Assembly: GCA_013203315.1 (NCBI GenBank)
Contig: JABMQJ010000020.1
Location: forward strand, 82,289-146,288
Length of the DNA stretch: 64,000 nt
Direction: 5' to 3'
Source of the DNA: Candidatus Omnitrophota bacterium
Lineage (GTDB): Bacteria; Omnitrophota; Gorgyraeia; JABMRN01; RBG-13-46-9
Both the position numbers and the translations under genes were made by a program. Below the pieces are notes generated by a model. The model made no database searches. It saw only the letters and a program-made list of their open reading frames with translations, and was not told the origin of the DNA. How positions within the stretch are numbered: position 1 is the stretch's first letter; each line of letters begins with the position of its first letter. Of the stretch, positions 50,665 through 61,083 are shown piece after piece.

Positions 50665-51949
50665 AATGATTATCAAAAACGGATACATTATAGACCCTTT
50701 AAATAAAAGAGAAGGCGTATTCGACATACTTATAAGTGGTTCGAAAATAAAAAAAGTAGCCAAAAACATACAGGAAAAAGGCGAAGAAATCATCGATGCT
50801 AAAAATAAAATTGTAGCACCGGGCCTTATCGACATGCATGTACACTTAAGAGAACCGGGCAGGGAAGACATAGAGACAGTGGCCCGAGGAACGCGCGCGG
50901 CAATATCAGGCGGTATAACGAGCGTGTGCTCGATGCCCAATACCCTGCCCCCGATAGACGATGCTAAAATCGTAAAACACTTAAACAATATTATAAAAAA
51001 AGAAGCCCTCGCCAATGTTTTCGTTGTGGGCGCCATTACAAGCGGAAGAAGCGGCAGGAAGCTTGTCGATATGGCAAATATGAAAAAAGAAGGCGCAATT
51101 GCCTTGTCCGACGACGGAAGCTCTGTGCAGGACGAACATGTTATGTTCGAGGCCGTTAAAAAAGCCAAAGAAAACGACATCCTTTTAATATCGCATTGTG
51201 AGAATAAAAACATCTCGAAAAATGGCGTTGTAAACGAGGGAATGATAGCAACAAAGCTTGGCTTACGGGGCATACCGAAGAGAGCGGAATACGAATTTAT
51301 AGAGCGCGACATAAATCTTGCTAAAAAGGCAAAAACCAAAATCCATATTGCGCACGTAAGCTGCAAAGAATCGGTAAATATAATAAGAAAAGCAAAAAAA
51401 GATGGTATTAATATTACAACGGAAAGTGCCCCGCACTATTTTAGTTTAGATGAAAGCGCCTGCGTTACTTATGATACGCGCACAAAGATGAACCCGCCAC
51501 TGCGCTCAGTCGAAGATATCGAGGCCATAAAAGAAGGCTTAAAAGACGGTACGCTGGATGCCATAGCCTCTGACCACGCCCCGCACGGGAAGCACGAAAA
51601 AGAGATAGAGTTTGATTTTGCAGCGTTTGGGATTATCGGCCTTGAAACGTCACTATCCCTGGCTATCATGAACCTAATCGACGGGAAGAAAATTCCGTGG
51701 AAAAAGCTAATTGAACTTATGTCAACTAACCCGGCCGGGATTTTAGGATTAAAACAAAAAGGCAATCTCTCCGAAGAAAGCGATGCCGACATAGTAATAA
51801 TCGATCCTGAGAAAAAATGGACTTATACGAAAGATTCAATCCTATCAAAAAGCAAAAACTCTCCCTTTATAGGGTGGACGCTAAAAGGCCTGGCAACGGA
51901 CGCAGTCGTGGGCGGCAAAATTGTAATGAAAAATAGGAAAATCATATAA
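50657..51949 (+). CDS. pyrC: Dihydroorotase
   Basis: PGLIDMHVHLREPG, MPNT.P, KMNPPLR, IASDHAPH. Start moved to ATG 50657. Confidence 0.95.
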   Translation: MLKMIIKNGYIIDPLNKREGVFDILISGSKIKKVAKNIQEKGEEIIDAKNKIVAPGLIDMHVHLREPGREDIETVARGTRAAISGGITSVCSMPNTLPPIDDAKIVKHLNNIIKKEALANVFVVGAITSGRSGRKLVDMANMKKEGAIALSDDGSSVQDEHVMFEAVKKAKENDILLISHCENKNISKNGVVNEGMIATKLGLRGIPKRAEYEFIERDINLAKKAKTKIHIAHVSCKESVNIIRKAKKDGINITTESAPHYFSLDESACVTYDTRTKMNPPLRSVEDIEAIKEGLKDGTLDAIASDHAPHGKHEKEIEFDFAAFGIIGLETSLSLAIMNLIDGKKIPWKKLIELMSTNPAGILGLKQKGNLSEESDADIVIIDPEKKWTYTKDSILSKSKNSPFIGWTLKGLATDAVVGGKIVMKNRKII

Positions 51950-51950
51950 A

Positions 51951-53180
51951 ATGTTTACGGCAGATTTCCATATTCACTCAAAATATTCCCGCGCTACCAG
52001 TAAAAACATGGACATGGACAATCTTTCCAGCTGGGCCAAGGTAAAGGGTGTAAATCTCCTGGGCACAGGGGATTTTACGCACCCGGACTGGTCAAGAGAG
52101 CTAAAAAATAAACTCGAGAAAGTAGAATATGGTATTTATAAACACAAAGGCATCTTTTATATCTTGACGTGCGAGGTATCCAATATCTATTTTAAACACG
52201 GGAAAACGCGAAAGATTCATAATATTATTTTTGCCCCTTCACTTGAAGCCGTAGGCGAAATTAATAAATTTTTATCGCAACATGGCAGCCTCCATTCTGA
52301 CGGGAGGCCCATGTTAAGCATAGAACCCGATAAAATGGCAAAGGGTATTAGAAAAATTAGCGAAGATATATTTATCGTACCCGCCCATGTCTGGACACCG
52401 CACTTTAGCCTCTTTGGCGCCAACTCCGGGTTCGATTCCATAGAAGAATGCTTCGAGGATTTTACCCCAAATATATATTCGCTTGAAACGGGGCTCTCCA
52501 GCGACCCGCCCATGAACTGGAGATGGTCGGATCTAGACAGGTTCTGCCTTATGTCAAACTCTGACGCGCACTCACCGGCCAAGATCGGACGTGAAGCAAA
52601 TGTTTTCAAAGAAAAATTTGGCTACAAAGAACTTATAGAAATTTTGAAAACAAAAGACAAAGAAAAATTCTTGTTTACGGTTGAATTCTACCCGCAGGAA
52701 GGGAAGTACCACTGGGATGGCCATAGAAAGTGCGACGTGAATATCCCACCCAAAGAAACACGCACCTTAAACGGCCGGTGCCCCAAATGCGGAGGCAAGA
52801 TAACAGTCGGCGTCATGCATAGGGTAGAGGCACTTTGCAACAGAAAAGAGGGTTTTACGCTGAAAGATGTTCCGTCTTACAGGAGTATGATCCCCTTAAT
52901 CGAGATTATTTCCGCATCTTTGGGCGTCGGAAGCGAAACTAAAGGTGCGCAAAGAGAATACAATGCTTTAATAAACAAGCTTGGAAGTGAATTTGAAATA
53001 CTTTTAGAAGCGCCGGAAAGAAGGATACAAAAAGAATGCCCGCCGGGCATTGCCGATGGAATATTGAACGCGCGAAAAGGAGATATTCACATCATCCCGG
53101 GATCAGACGGTACCTATGGCAAGATCAGCGTAAGTAAAGGCCCCAAAGAGAAGAAGGAAAAGCAGCTTGAACTTTTTTGA
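51951..53180 (+). CDS. Endonuclease Q family protein (PHP domain + Zn finger)
   Basis: ADFHIHSKYSRATS, GTGDFTHP, PAHVWTP.FS, ETGLSSD, SNSDAHS, GKYH.DGHRKC...CPKCG, PG.DG.YG. Confidence 0.88.
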   Translation: MFTADFHIHSKYSRATSKNMDMDNLSSWAKVKGVNLLGTGDFTHPDWSRELKNKLEKVEYGIYKHKGIFYILTCEVSNIYFKHGKTRKIHNIIFAPSLEAVGEINKFLSQHGSLHSDGRPMLSIEPDKMAKGIRKISEDIFIVPAHVWTPHFSLFGANSGFDSIEECFEDFTPNIYSLETGLSSDPPMNWRWSDLDRFCLMSNSDAHSPAKIGREANVFKEKFGYKELIEILKTKDKEKFLFTVEFYPQEGKYHWDGHRKCDVNIPPKETRTLNGRCPKCGGKITVGVMHRVEALCNRKEGFTLKDVPSYRSMIPLIEIISASLGVGSETKGAQREYNALINKLGSEFEILLEAPERRIQKECPPGIADGILNARKGDIHIIPGSDGTYGKISVSKGPKEKKEKQLELF

Positions 53181-53234
53181 ACTAGGTAGATATTGTATTT
53201 TCGTTTCTACCTGGTTCAAAAGTGAGGATAAGAG

Positions 53235-54008
53235 ATGAAGCAGTTTTACGCCAAAGTAATTTCGAATCAAAGAATAGCGCCGGATCACTTTATATTATCT
53301 TTTAAGACACCACATGCTATGGCGAAAAAAGTAAAGCCCGGACAGTTTTTTAAAATCAAAGTAAATAATTCAAGTAAGCCCCTACTCGGAAGGCCTTTTA
53401 GCGTTCATAAAGCAGGAAATAATAAGATCGAGATCTTATATAAAATCGTAGGAGAAGCTACAAGGATTCTTTCCACAAAAAAAAGTGGCAATATACTAGA
53501 TATCCTTGGCCCTTTGGGTAATGGGTTTGATACAGGCTTATCCGGGCCGGCTATTCTGGTGGGAGGAGGACATGGGGTGGCGCCGCTTGTTGAATTGGCC
53601 AAAAAATTCGCAAACCACAACATAAAACCCGTGGTTTTTATCGGTGCGCGAACTAAAAAACATATTGTGTGCGACAAAGATCTTAGAAAACTAGGCGCGC
53701 AAGTACACGTTGTTACCGAAGACGGGTCAAAAGGCCGGAAGGGACTAGTGACGGAGCTATTAAAGAATAAAATAACCGGCAAAAATCTGAAAAAACCCGT
53801 AACAATTTACGCCTGCGGCCCGAAGCCGATGCTAATGGCCGTCGGGAAACTCGCAAAAGATTACAAAATACCTTGTAGGATTTCACTGGAGGAATATATG
53901 GCCTGCGGCATAGGAACATGCCTCGGGTGCGCCGTAAAAACGCGCGGCGGCTACAAAATGGTATGCAAAGACGGGCCGGTTTTTGACGCAAAGGAGATAG
54001 TATGGTAA
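53235..54008 (+). CDS. pyrK: Dihydroorotate dehydrogenase B electron transfer subunit
   Basis: PGQF, RPFS, GPLGNGF, ACGP.PM, MACGIGTCLGC...VCKDGPVF. Confidence 0.95.
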   Translation: MKQFYAKVISNQRIAPDHFILSFKTPHAMAKKVKPGQFFKIKVNNSSKPLLGRPFSVHKAGNNKIEILYKIVGEATRILSTKKSGNILDILGPLGNGFDTGLSGPAILVGGGHGVAPLVELAKKFANHNIKPVVFIGARTKKHIVCDKDLRKLGAQVHVVTEDGSKGRKGLVTELLKNKITGKNLKKPVTIYACGPKPMLMAVGKLAKDYKIPCRISLEEYMACGIGTCLGCAVKTRGGYKMVCKDGPVFDAKEIVW

Positions 54009-54931
54009 GCTTGAAAACTACAATCGGGAAATTAGAACTAAAAAATCCGGTAATTCTTGCTTCAGGAACCTGTGGGTTTGGTAAAGAGATAAAAAGCCTT
54101 ATCGATGTAAACAAGCTTGGAGCTATTGTTACCAAAACCATCACGCTAAACAAAAAAGAAGGCAATCCACCACCCCGTATCGCGGAAACGGCAAGCGGAT
54201 TACTGAATTCCATAGGCCTGGATAATGACGGGCTCAAAGATTTTCTCTTTGAAAAAATCTCATACCTTGGAAAGCTGAAAATACCCGTTATCGTGAGCAT
54301 AGCCGGTAATACCACAGAGGAATTTACAAAATTAACAAAAGAAATATCGAAAATACCATGCATAAAAGGTATAGAAATTAACCTTTCATGCCCAAACGTA
54401 ATTCATAAGGGCACAAAATTTCCGTTATTAGCGCAAGATAAAAAAGCCACCGAAGCAATAATTGCAAAGCTAAGAAAAGTTACAAAAAAAACCCTGATAG
54501 CGAAACTTTCGCCCAGCGTAACGGACATAAAAGAAATCGCAAAAGCCGCAGAGTCCGGCGGAGCGGACGCAATTTCCCTGGTGAACACATACCCCGGTAT
54601 GCTAGTCGATATTTATACCATGAAACCAAAGCTCGGCGCGGTAACAGGCGGATTAAGTGGGCCCTGCATTAAGCCGCTGGCACTAAAATGCGTCTGGGAC
54701 GCCTACAATACCGTTAATATACCTATCATAGGCATGGGCGGGATAATGACCTCAGGCGACGCGATTGAGTTTATCCTATGCGGGGCAAGCGCGATTCAGG
54801 TGGGAACGGCGAATTTCGTAAACCCAAAAGCACCGCTTGAAATTTTGGAAGGAATAAAGCAATATCTAAAGGAAAAGAAAGTAAATAGCATAAAATCACT
54901 AATAGGAAAACTAAAAAATAATGAAAAATAA
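54002..54931 (+). CDS. pyrD: Dihydroorotate dehydrogenase B catalytic subunit
   Basis: KNPVILASGT, GNPPPRIAET, EINLSCPN, AKLSP, GGLSGP.IKP. Confidence 0.95.
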   Translation: MVSLKTTIGKLELKNPVILASGTCGFGKEIKSLIDVNKLGAIVTKTITLNKKEGNPPPRIAETASGLLNSIGLDNDGLKDFLFEKISYLGKLKIPVIVSIAGNTTEEFTKLTKEISKIPCIKGIEINLSCPNVIHKGTKFPLLAQDKKATEAIIAKLRKVTKKTLIAKLSPSVTDIKEIAKAAESGGADAISLVNTYPGMLVDIYTMKPKLGAVTGGLSGPCIKPLALKCVWDAYNTVNIPIIGMGGIMTSGDAIEFILCGASAIQVGTANFVNPKAPLEILEGIKQYLKEKKVNSIKSLIGKLKNNEK

Positions 54932-55583
54932 ACTAATCGTCGCTTTGGATGTAAATTCGTTTAAAAAAGCCAAGAAGCTAATTGATGAATTGTCGCCTTA
55001 TGTTAGTGTTTTTAAAGTAGGGAACGAGCTTTTTACAACCTGCGGTCCGAAAATAGTTAATTATATAAACAATAAGAAAAAAAAGGTTTTTCTCGACCTT
55101 AAGCTATTTGATATCCCCAATACCGTAAAAGGCGCGACTCTCGCAGCGGCGCAGCATGGCGCATTTATGTTAACACTTCACGTAATAGGCGGCGCCGACA
55201 TGATGAAAGAAGCAAGAGAGGTTTTAAAAGGCAGGAAAAGAAAGCCGCTTCTTCTGGGGGTCACGGTTTTGACAAGCGCAGCCGGAAAGGGCGCCACGAA
55301 ATGGGTAGGAAAGCTCGCGCTTGTCGCGAAAAAATCCGGTCTCAATGGAATTGTTTGCTCTGCTAAGGAAACCAAGGCTATCAAGAAAGCCTGCGGGAAG
55401 GATTTTCTTGTTATAAACCCAGGTATACGACCGGCGTGGGCCGCGAAAAATGATCAAAAAAGAGTGGCAACACCGGCTGAGGCAGTAAAAAGCGGCGCGA
55501 ATTTTATTGTTGTTGGAAGGCCTATCACGCAGGCAAAAAATGTCATTACCGCGGCAAAGAGAATTTTGAGAGAACTAAAATGA
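54921..55583 (+). CDS. pyrF: Orotidine-5'-phosphate decarboxylase
   Basis: LIVALD, FLDLKLFDIPNTV, GVTVLTS, PGIR, DQKR, VVGRPI. Confidence 0.95.
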   Translation: MKNKLIVALDVNSFKKAKKLIDELSPYVSVFKVGNELFTTCGPKIVNYINNKKKKVFLDLKLFDIPNTVKGATLAAAQHGAFMLTLHVIGGADMMKEAREVLKGRKRKPLLLGVTVLTSAAGKGATKWVGKLALVAKKSGLNGIVCSAKETKAIKKACGKDFLVINPGIRPAWAAKNDQKRVATPAEAVKSGANFIVVGRPITQAKNVITAAKRILRELK

Positions 55584-56149
55584 CTGAAAAAGAAATATTA
55601 AACATTTTTAAAGAAACGGGCGCGATTTTGCAAGGCCATTTTAAGCTTTCAAGCGGCCTCCACAGCAGCCAATATCTTCAATGCGCGCGCGTTTTACAAT
55701 ATCCCGAACACGCCGAAAAACTATGTAGAGCGCTTGCCGATAAGTTCAAGAACAATAAACCGGACGTTGTTATTGCCCCCGCGCTGGGAGGCATTGTAGT
55801 TTCATGCGAAGTTGCCCGGGCGCTAGGCGCAAAAAGCCTATTTACAGAACGTAAAGACGGCAAAATGGTCCTTCGCCGCGGATTCGAACTAACCCCTAAA
55901 GACAAAGTTTTGGTCGTAGAGGACGTTATAACGACAGGCCTTTCCACAAAAGAGGTCATAGAAGTCGTAAAATCGTTCGATTCAAACGTTGTCGGTGTTG
56001 GCTCTCTCATAGATCGCTCCAAAGGCGACATAGATTTCGGCGTGCGTTTCGAGTCCTTGCTAAAACTCGACGTACCCACCTTCAAGCCTGAAACCTGCCT
56101 TTTATGCAAGGACAAAATCCCGGTTACAAAGCCCGGATCCAGAAAATAG
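55580..56149 (+). CDS. pyrE: Orotate phosphoribosyltransferase
   Basis: GHFKLSSGLHS..YLQCA, VVEDVITTG.S, KPGSR. Confidence 0.95.
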   Translation: MTEKEILNIFKETGAILQGHFKLSSGLHSSQYLQCARVLQYPEHAEKLCRALADKFKNNKPDVVIAPALGGIVVSCEVARALGAKSLFTERKDGKMVLRRGFELTPKDKVLVVEDVITTGLSTKEVIEVVKSFDSNVVGVGSLIDRSKGDIDFGVRFESLLKLDVPTFKPETCLLCKDKIPVTKPGSRK

Positions 56150-56150
56150 G

Positions 56151-56179
56151 TTGCAATCCCGAGCGGAATAACATATAAT
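56151..56179 (+). promoter_or_regulatory. V-ATPase operon promoter
   Basis: TTGCAA-17 nt-TATAAT. Confidence 0.65.
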
Positions 56180-56223
56180 TTAACAAGGTATATTAATATT
56201 ACCGTATTAAAGTGAGGAAAGTC

Positions 56224-56859
56224 ATGGCAGAAGAACTAAAAGGCCTTATAGAAAAAATACAGGAAGAAGGCGTTAAAGCCGCCGAAGACAAGGCGCGCTT
56301 TATACAGGATAACGCGAAAGAAAAGGCCAAAGACATTATAGAATCAGCCGAAAAACAAGCCGAAAACCTTATTTCAGAAGCTAAAGTCAGGATCGCCAAG
56401 ATGGAATCAGGCGGTAAGGATTCGCTGAAGCAAGCCGGCCGGGATCTCATACTTACCCTACACAAGGAAATCAACACCACGCTCGATAAAATTATCGTAT
56501 CCCAAATCCGCCAGGCGCTGGGCCCGGTAGAGCTCGCCAAAATAATCACTACAGCCGTCAAGGAATCCGGCGGCAAAGAAAAAAGAGACATAACAATCTC
56601 GCTTAAAAGTGAAGATCTTGAAAAGATAGAAAAAAGCCTATTAAGCCAGCTTACAGCGGAAGCGAAAAATGACATAACCCTCAAAGGCTCAGGAGATATT
56701 CGGGGAGGTTTTATTATAAGCTACGACAAGGGGAAGTCTTATTATGATTTTACCGACCAGGCCCTTGCCGAATATATATCCGGTTATCTTAAACCGAAAC
56801 TTGCGGAAATGCTGAAAGAAGTATCCCCCGCAGGCAAAAAAACAAAGAAAAGTGATTAA
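56224..56859 (+). CDS. V-type ATP synthase subunit E
   Basis: LIEKIQEEGV..A coiled coil, GGF.I......YDFTD.AL; first gene of the operon. Confidence 0.88.
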   Translation: MAEELKGLIEKIQEEGVKAAEDKARFIQDNAKEKAKDIIESAEKQAENLISEAKVRIAKMESGGKDSLKQAGRDLILTLHKEINTTLDKIIVSQIRQALGPVELAKIITTAVKESGGKEKRDITISLKSEDLEKIEKSLLSQLTAEAKNDITLKGSGDIRGGFIISYDKGKSYYDFTDQALAEYISGYLKPKLAEMLKEVSPAGKKTKKSD

Positions 56860-57394
56860 TACATCCGGTTATTACACATATCTCCTATCAAGCCTTCCCG
56901 GGCTTCAGTTCGAAATGAAGCCGCCTTTTTCTTTCAATACATTTTTAGAAACCGTAAGTGGATCGATATCTGCAAACGATGTCGAAGTCATCAAAACGAG
57001 TCTTGATCCGGCCGCATCCGCGCAAAACACCTCTCAGGCCATGTTAAAAAAGTGGCGCGCCTTCGATAACGCATTGCGAAACGAACTGGTTAAGATAAGG
57101 GCTGCGCGAAAACATCAAGACCCCGACAAATATTTGCGGGAGAACGAATACAGCGACCCACGCATAACTAATCTCGCGATGAACGCGTACAAAAATCCAT
57201 CAATTCTAGAATCAGAAAAGATATTGGACAAAGAAAAATGGGCCGCGCTGGATGAACTTATGGTGGGGCATTATTATGATCTAGATTCCTTGATCATTTA
57301 CGCGCAGAAGCTTTTGATACTGGAAAAATGGGAACGCATCCGAACCGGCGACGCGCGTGCCTTGACGGAAAAAACATTACAAGCTACGGGTTAA
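56852..57394 (+). CDS. DUF2764-family V-ATPase component (subunit C-like)
   Basis: YYTYLLSSLP.L, F...LRNEL...RA, Y..KL.ILE.W pattern; between subunits E and A. Confidence 0.78.
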   Translation: MINTSGYYTYLLSSLPGLQFEMKPPFSFNTFLETVSGSISANDVEVIKTSLDPAASAQNTSQAMLKKWRAFDNALRNELVKIRAARKHQDPDKYLRENEYSDPRITNLAMNAYKNPSILESEKILDKEKWAALDELMVGHYYDLDSLIIYAQKLLILEKWERIRTGDARALTEKTLQATG

Positions 57395-57400
57395 AAAAAT

Positions 57401-59143
57401 ATGGCATCGAAAAGAATAGGACGCATAGTAAAAATTAACGGCAACATGGTTACGGCCGAATTCTATACGTTCTGCGTGCAGAACGAGGTCGCTTATATTC
57501 TGCATGGCCAAGAACGTTTAAAAGCCGAAGTAATACGTATAAAGGGAAAAGCCGCTGAGATGCAGGTTTACGAAAATACAGGCGGCATCAAAATCGGGGA
57601 AAAAGTTGAATTTACCGACGAACTTCTCTCTGTCGAACTTGGTCCGGGCCTCCTGGGGCAGATATTTGACGGGCTGCAAAATCCGCTTCCGGCACTCGCA
57701 GAAAAAAGCGGTTTCTTTTTAAAGCGCGGTATCTATCTCGAGGCGCTTCCGGATAACGCCAAATGGGACTTTACCCCGATCGCTAAAAAAGGTGACTCAG
57801 TGCGTGCCGGGGATAAACTAGGGTTTGTCCCGGAGAAAAGATTTAAACATTATATCATGGCCCCGTTTGACCTCCGCGGCAATCTGGAAATAACTAAAAT
57901 AGCAAAAAAAGGAACGTATAATTTAAAGGAACCCATCACCGAGCTAAAAGACGAAGACGGAAAATTGCATGAAGTATTCATGCAACAGATATGGCCGGTT
58001 AAAATACCCATAACAGCTTACAGCGAGAAATTAAAACCGAAAAAACCACTTGTTACAAAAATGCGCGTAATCGATTCGCTCTTTCCAGTCTCGCGCGGAG
58101 GTACTTACTGCATACCGGGGCCGTTCGGAGCGGGTAAAACGGTATTGCAGCAATTGACAAGCCAGCACGCTGAAGCCGACATTGTCGTCATAGCTGCTTG
58201 TGGGGAGAGGGCAGGAGAAGTCGTAGAAACGCTAAAAACCTTTCCCAAAATTAAGGACCCGAAAACCGGAAAACCATTGAGCGATCGAACGGTTATAATT
58301 TGTAACACAAGTTCCATGCCTGTCGCGGCAAGAGAATCAAGTGTTTATACGGCAGTTACGATTGCGGAATATTACCGCCAGATGGGATTGAACGTATTGC
58401 TTCTGGCGGATTCTACGTCGAGATGGGCGCAGGCCATGAGAGAGATGTCCGGTCGCTTGGAAGAAATACCCGGCGAGGAAGCGTTCCCGGCGTATCTTGA
58501 ATCACGAATAGCCTCGTTTTACGAAAGGGCGGGCGAGGTGAGGCTTCACGACGGAACCTTCGGCTCTGTTACTATCGGAGGGACAGTGAGCCCGGCAGGC
58601 GGGAACTTCGAAGAACCGGTTACGCAGGCTACCCTGAAAGTTGTCGGCGCTTTCCACGGCCTTTCGAGGGAGCGATCAGACGCAAGAAAATACCCTGCCA
58701 TCGATCCTTTGATAAGCTGGTCAAAATACAAAAGCTTTATCAACGATGCCGAGCTTCGCAAGGGCCACCAGATCTTGCGAAAAAGCCACGATGTCGCGCA
58801 GATGATGAAGGTTATAGGAGAAGAAGGGACGTCGCTTTCAGATTACACCGATTTCTTGAAGGGGGACTTTTTTGATTTCGTATACGTACAACAAAACGCC
58901 TTTGACAAAGTAGATGAATCAACAATAGAAGAGCGGCAAAAGTATATATTTAATTCTATTTACAATATTCTCGAAACAGAATTTGATTTTACCGATAAAG
59001 ATGACGCGATGCATTTTTTCCAGAAATTAAAACAGGAATTCCGCGGATGGAATTCTGCAGCCTGGGAAAGCGCGGAATTTAAAAAAACAGAAAAAGACAT
59101 AACTTCTCTGATAAGCGGGAAACGATCGGCGCAACTGAAATAA
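57401..59143 (+). CDS. V-type ATP synthase subunit A
   Basis: [51 protein letters not shown]. Confidence 0.96.
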   Translation: MASKRIGRIVKINGNMVTAEFYTFCVQNEVAYILHGQERLKAEVIRIKGKAAEMQVYENTGGIKIGEKVEFTDELLSVELGPGLLGQIFDGLQNPLPALAEKSGFFLKRGIYLEALPDNAKWDFTPIAKKGDSVRAGDKLGFVPEKRFKHYIMAPFDLRGNLEITKIAKKGTYNLKEPITELKDEDGKLHEVFMQQIWPVKIPITAYSEKLKPKKPLVTKMRVIDSLFPVSRGGTYCIPGPFGAGKTVLQQLTSQHAEADIVVIAACGERAGEVVETLKTFPKIKDPKTGKPLSDRTVIICNTSSMPVAARESSVYTAVTIAEYYRQMGLNVLLLADSTSRWAQAMREMSGRLEEIPGEEAFPAYLESRIASFYERAGEVRLHDGTFGSVTIGGTVSPAGGNFEEPVTQATLKVVGAFHGLSRERSDARKYPAIDPLISWSKYKSFINDAELRKGHQILRKSHDVAQMMKVIGEEGTSLSDYTDFLKGDFFDFVYVQQNAFDKVDESTIEERQKYIFNSIYNILETEFDFTDKDDAMHFFQKLKQEFRGWNSAAWESAEFKKTEKDITSLISGKRSAQLK

Positions 59144-59150
59144 AAAAATT

Positions 59151-60446
59151 ATGCGAAAAGTTTATACGGATATAATTCAAATAGCAGGCGACGTCATAAC
59201 CGTCGAAGCCGAAGGCGTAGGTTATAACGATATAGCGGAAATAAACACGAGCCGCGGCGCATCGCTCGCGCAGGTAATACGCCTCGACGGGAAAAGGGTG
59301 TCTTTGCAGGTTTTTGCCGGAAGCCGCGGGATATCAACCGAAGATAAAGTAAGCTTTCTTGGGCATCCGATGCGCATAGCAAGCGGCAAAAATCTTTTAG
59401 GGCGCATTTTTAACGGAAGCGGCGTGCCACTGGATAAAGGGCCCACGCTTTCGGAGAATGTGGTTGATATAGGAGGGCCGCCGGTTAATCCGGTAAAGAG
59501 AATAATACCCGACAAGATGATACGAACCGGTATACCTATGATCGACGTGTTTAATTCTTTAGTCGTATCGCAGAAGTTACCGATATTTTCAATAGCGGGA
59601 GAGCCATATAATGATCTTTTAGCGAGAATCGCCATACAGGCCGAAGTTGACATTATTATTTTAGGAGGCATGGGACTAAAATACGACGATTACCTATTTT
59701 TCAGGGATACGCTTGAAGACCAGGGCGCCTTGTCGCGGTCAATATTTTTTATCCACACCGCAGCAGACCCTACGGTAGAATGCCTGCTCGTGCCCGACAT
59801 AAGCCTTGCCGTCGCCGAACAATTTGCCCTTCAAGGCAAGCGCGTTTTGGTGCTACTTACGGATATGACAAATTTTGCCGATGCGCTTAAGGAAATATCA
59901 ATAACCATGGAACAGGTTCCATCAAACAGGGGCTACCCGGGAGATCTTTACAGCCAATTAGCGGCAAGGTACGAAAAAGCAGTTGATTTTGATACGGCAG
60001 GCTCAATTACGATATTGTCCGCCACGACTATGCCGGGCGACGACGTTACGCATCCGGTGCCGGATAACACAGGTTATATCACCGAGGGCCAGTTCTATCT
60101 TAAAAACGGCGTAATAGAGCCGTTCGGATCGCTTAGCCGATTAAAACAGCAGGTAAACGGAAACACACGCGATGACCATAGGACGATAATGAATACGATG
60201 ATTCAGCTTTTTGCGAATTATCGCGAAACAGTAGAAAAACAAGCCATGGGATTCCAGATGAGCCCGTGGGATAATAAGTTATTAAAATACGGGAAAATTT
60301 TCGAAAAAGACATCATGTCATTGGAAGTAAACATACCCCTTGAAAAAGCGCTTGACCGCGGTTGGCAGATCATGGCGGAGTGTTTTACTTCGGAAGAGAC
60401 CGCGATCAAGAAATCCATGATAGAAAAGTACTGGCCGAAGAAGTAA
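59151..60446 (+). CDS. V-type ATP synthase subunit B
   Basis: [41 protein letters not shown]. Confidence 0.96.
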   Translation: MRKVYTDIIQIAGDVITVEAEGVGYNDIAEINTSRGASLAQVIRLDGKRVSLQVFAGSRGISTEDKVSFLGHPMRIASGKNLLGRIFNGSGVPLDKGPTLSENVVDIGGPPVNPVKRIIPDKMIRTGIPMIDVFNSLVVSQKLPIFSIAGEPYNDLLARIAIQAEVDIIILGGMGLKYDDYLFFRDTLEDQGALSRSIFFIHTAADPTVECLLVPDISLAVAEQFALQGKRVLVLLTDMTNFADALKEISITMEQVPSNRGYPGDLYSQLAARYEKAVDFDTAGSITILSATTMPGDDVTHPVPDNTGYITEGQFYLKNGVIEPFGSLSRLKQQVNGNTRDDHRTIMNTMIQLFANYRETVEKQAMGFQMSPWDNKLLKYGKIFEKDIMSLEVNIPLEKALDRGWQIMAECFTSEETAIKKSMIEKYWPKK

Positions 60447-60465
60447 TTGCACGTCGGAAATTTTA

Positions 60466-61083
60466 ATGGCAAAAATTAAGCTTACAAAAGGCGAATTAAA
60501 AAGACAAAGAGACGCGTTAAAGCAGTACAAGAGATATTTACCGACACTTCAGCTTAAAAAGCAACAGTTGCAGCTGGAAATCCTTCATCAGGGGCACACC
60601 TTAGAAGAAAAGAAAAGCGCCGCCGCCGCAAAAAAAGAAGTCGTAGAAACCTGGGCAGGACTTTTAAGCGATCCCGCAATCGATATGCGCGCGTGGGTTA
60701 CATCAAAGGAAGTAATAACGGGCGTAAAGAACATAGCGGGCGTGGATCTGCCTCTTTTTTCTGAAGTTCATTTTAAACCTGTCGAATACGACCTTTTTAC
60801 AATGCCTTTGTGGGTTGACGGGGCTATCCTGGAATTGCGGGCGCTTTTTTCCATGCATGCGGAAATAGAAGTGTTGGAAAAAGCCATGAAAATCCTGAAA
60901 CAGGAACTTCGCATTACGACACAACGCGTTAACCTGTTCGAAAAAGTAAAAATTCCCGAAGCTGAAGAAATTATACGCCTTATCAAGATTTACATGGGCG
61001 ATCAAATGACAAATGCCGTGGGCAGAAGCAAGATAGCCAAGCGAAAAATAGAGCTATCCGTCTTAGAAGGGGTGGGTGCATGA
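60466..61083 (+). CDS. V-type ATP synthase subunit D
   Basis: LTK.EL, LPTLQLKK, KNIAGV, TTQRVNLFEKVKIP. Confidence 0.94.
   Translation: MAKIKLTKGELKRQRDALKQYKRYLPTLQLKKQQLQLEILHQGHTLEEKKSAAAAKKEVVETWAGLLSDPAIDMRAWVTSKEVITGVKNIAGVDLPLFSEVHFKPVEYDLFTMPLWVDGAILELRALFSMHAEIEVLEKAMKILKQELRITTQRVNLFEKVKIPEAEEIIRLIKIYMGDQMTNAVGRSKIAKRKIELSVLEGVGA

Noticed and set aside
50145-51366. 153-aa and 263-aa minus-strand ORFs
   Set aside because: Antisense shadows of pyrB and pyrC.
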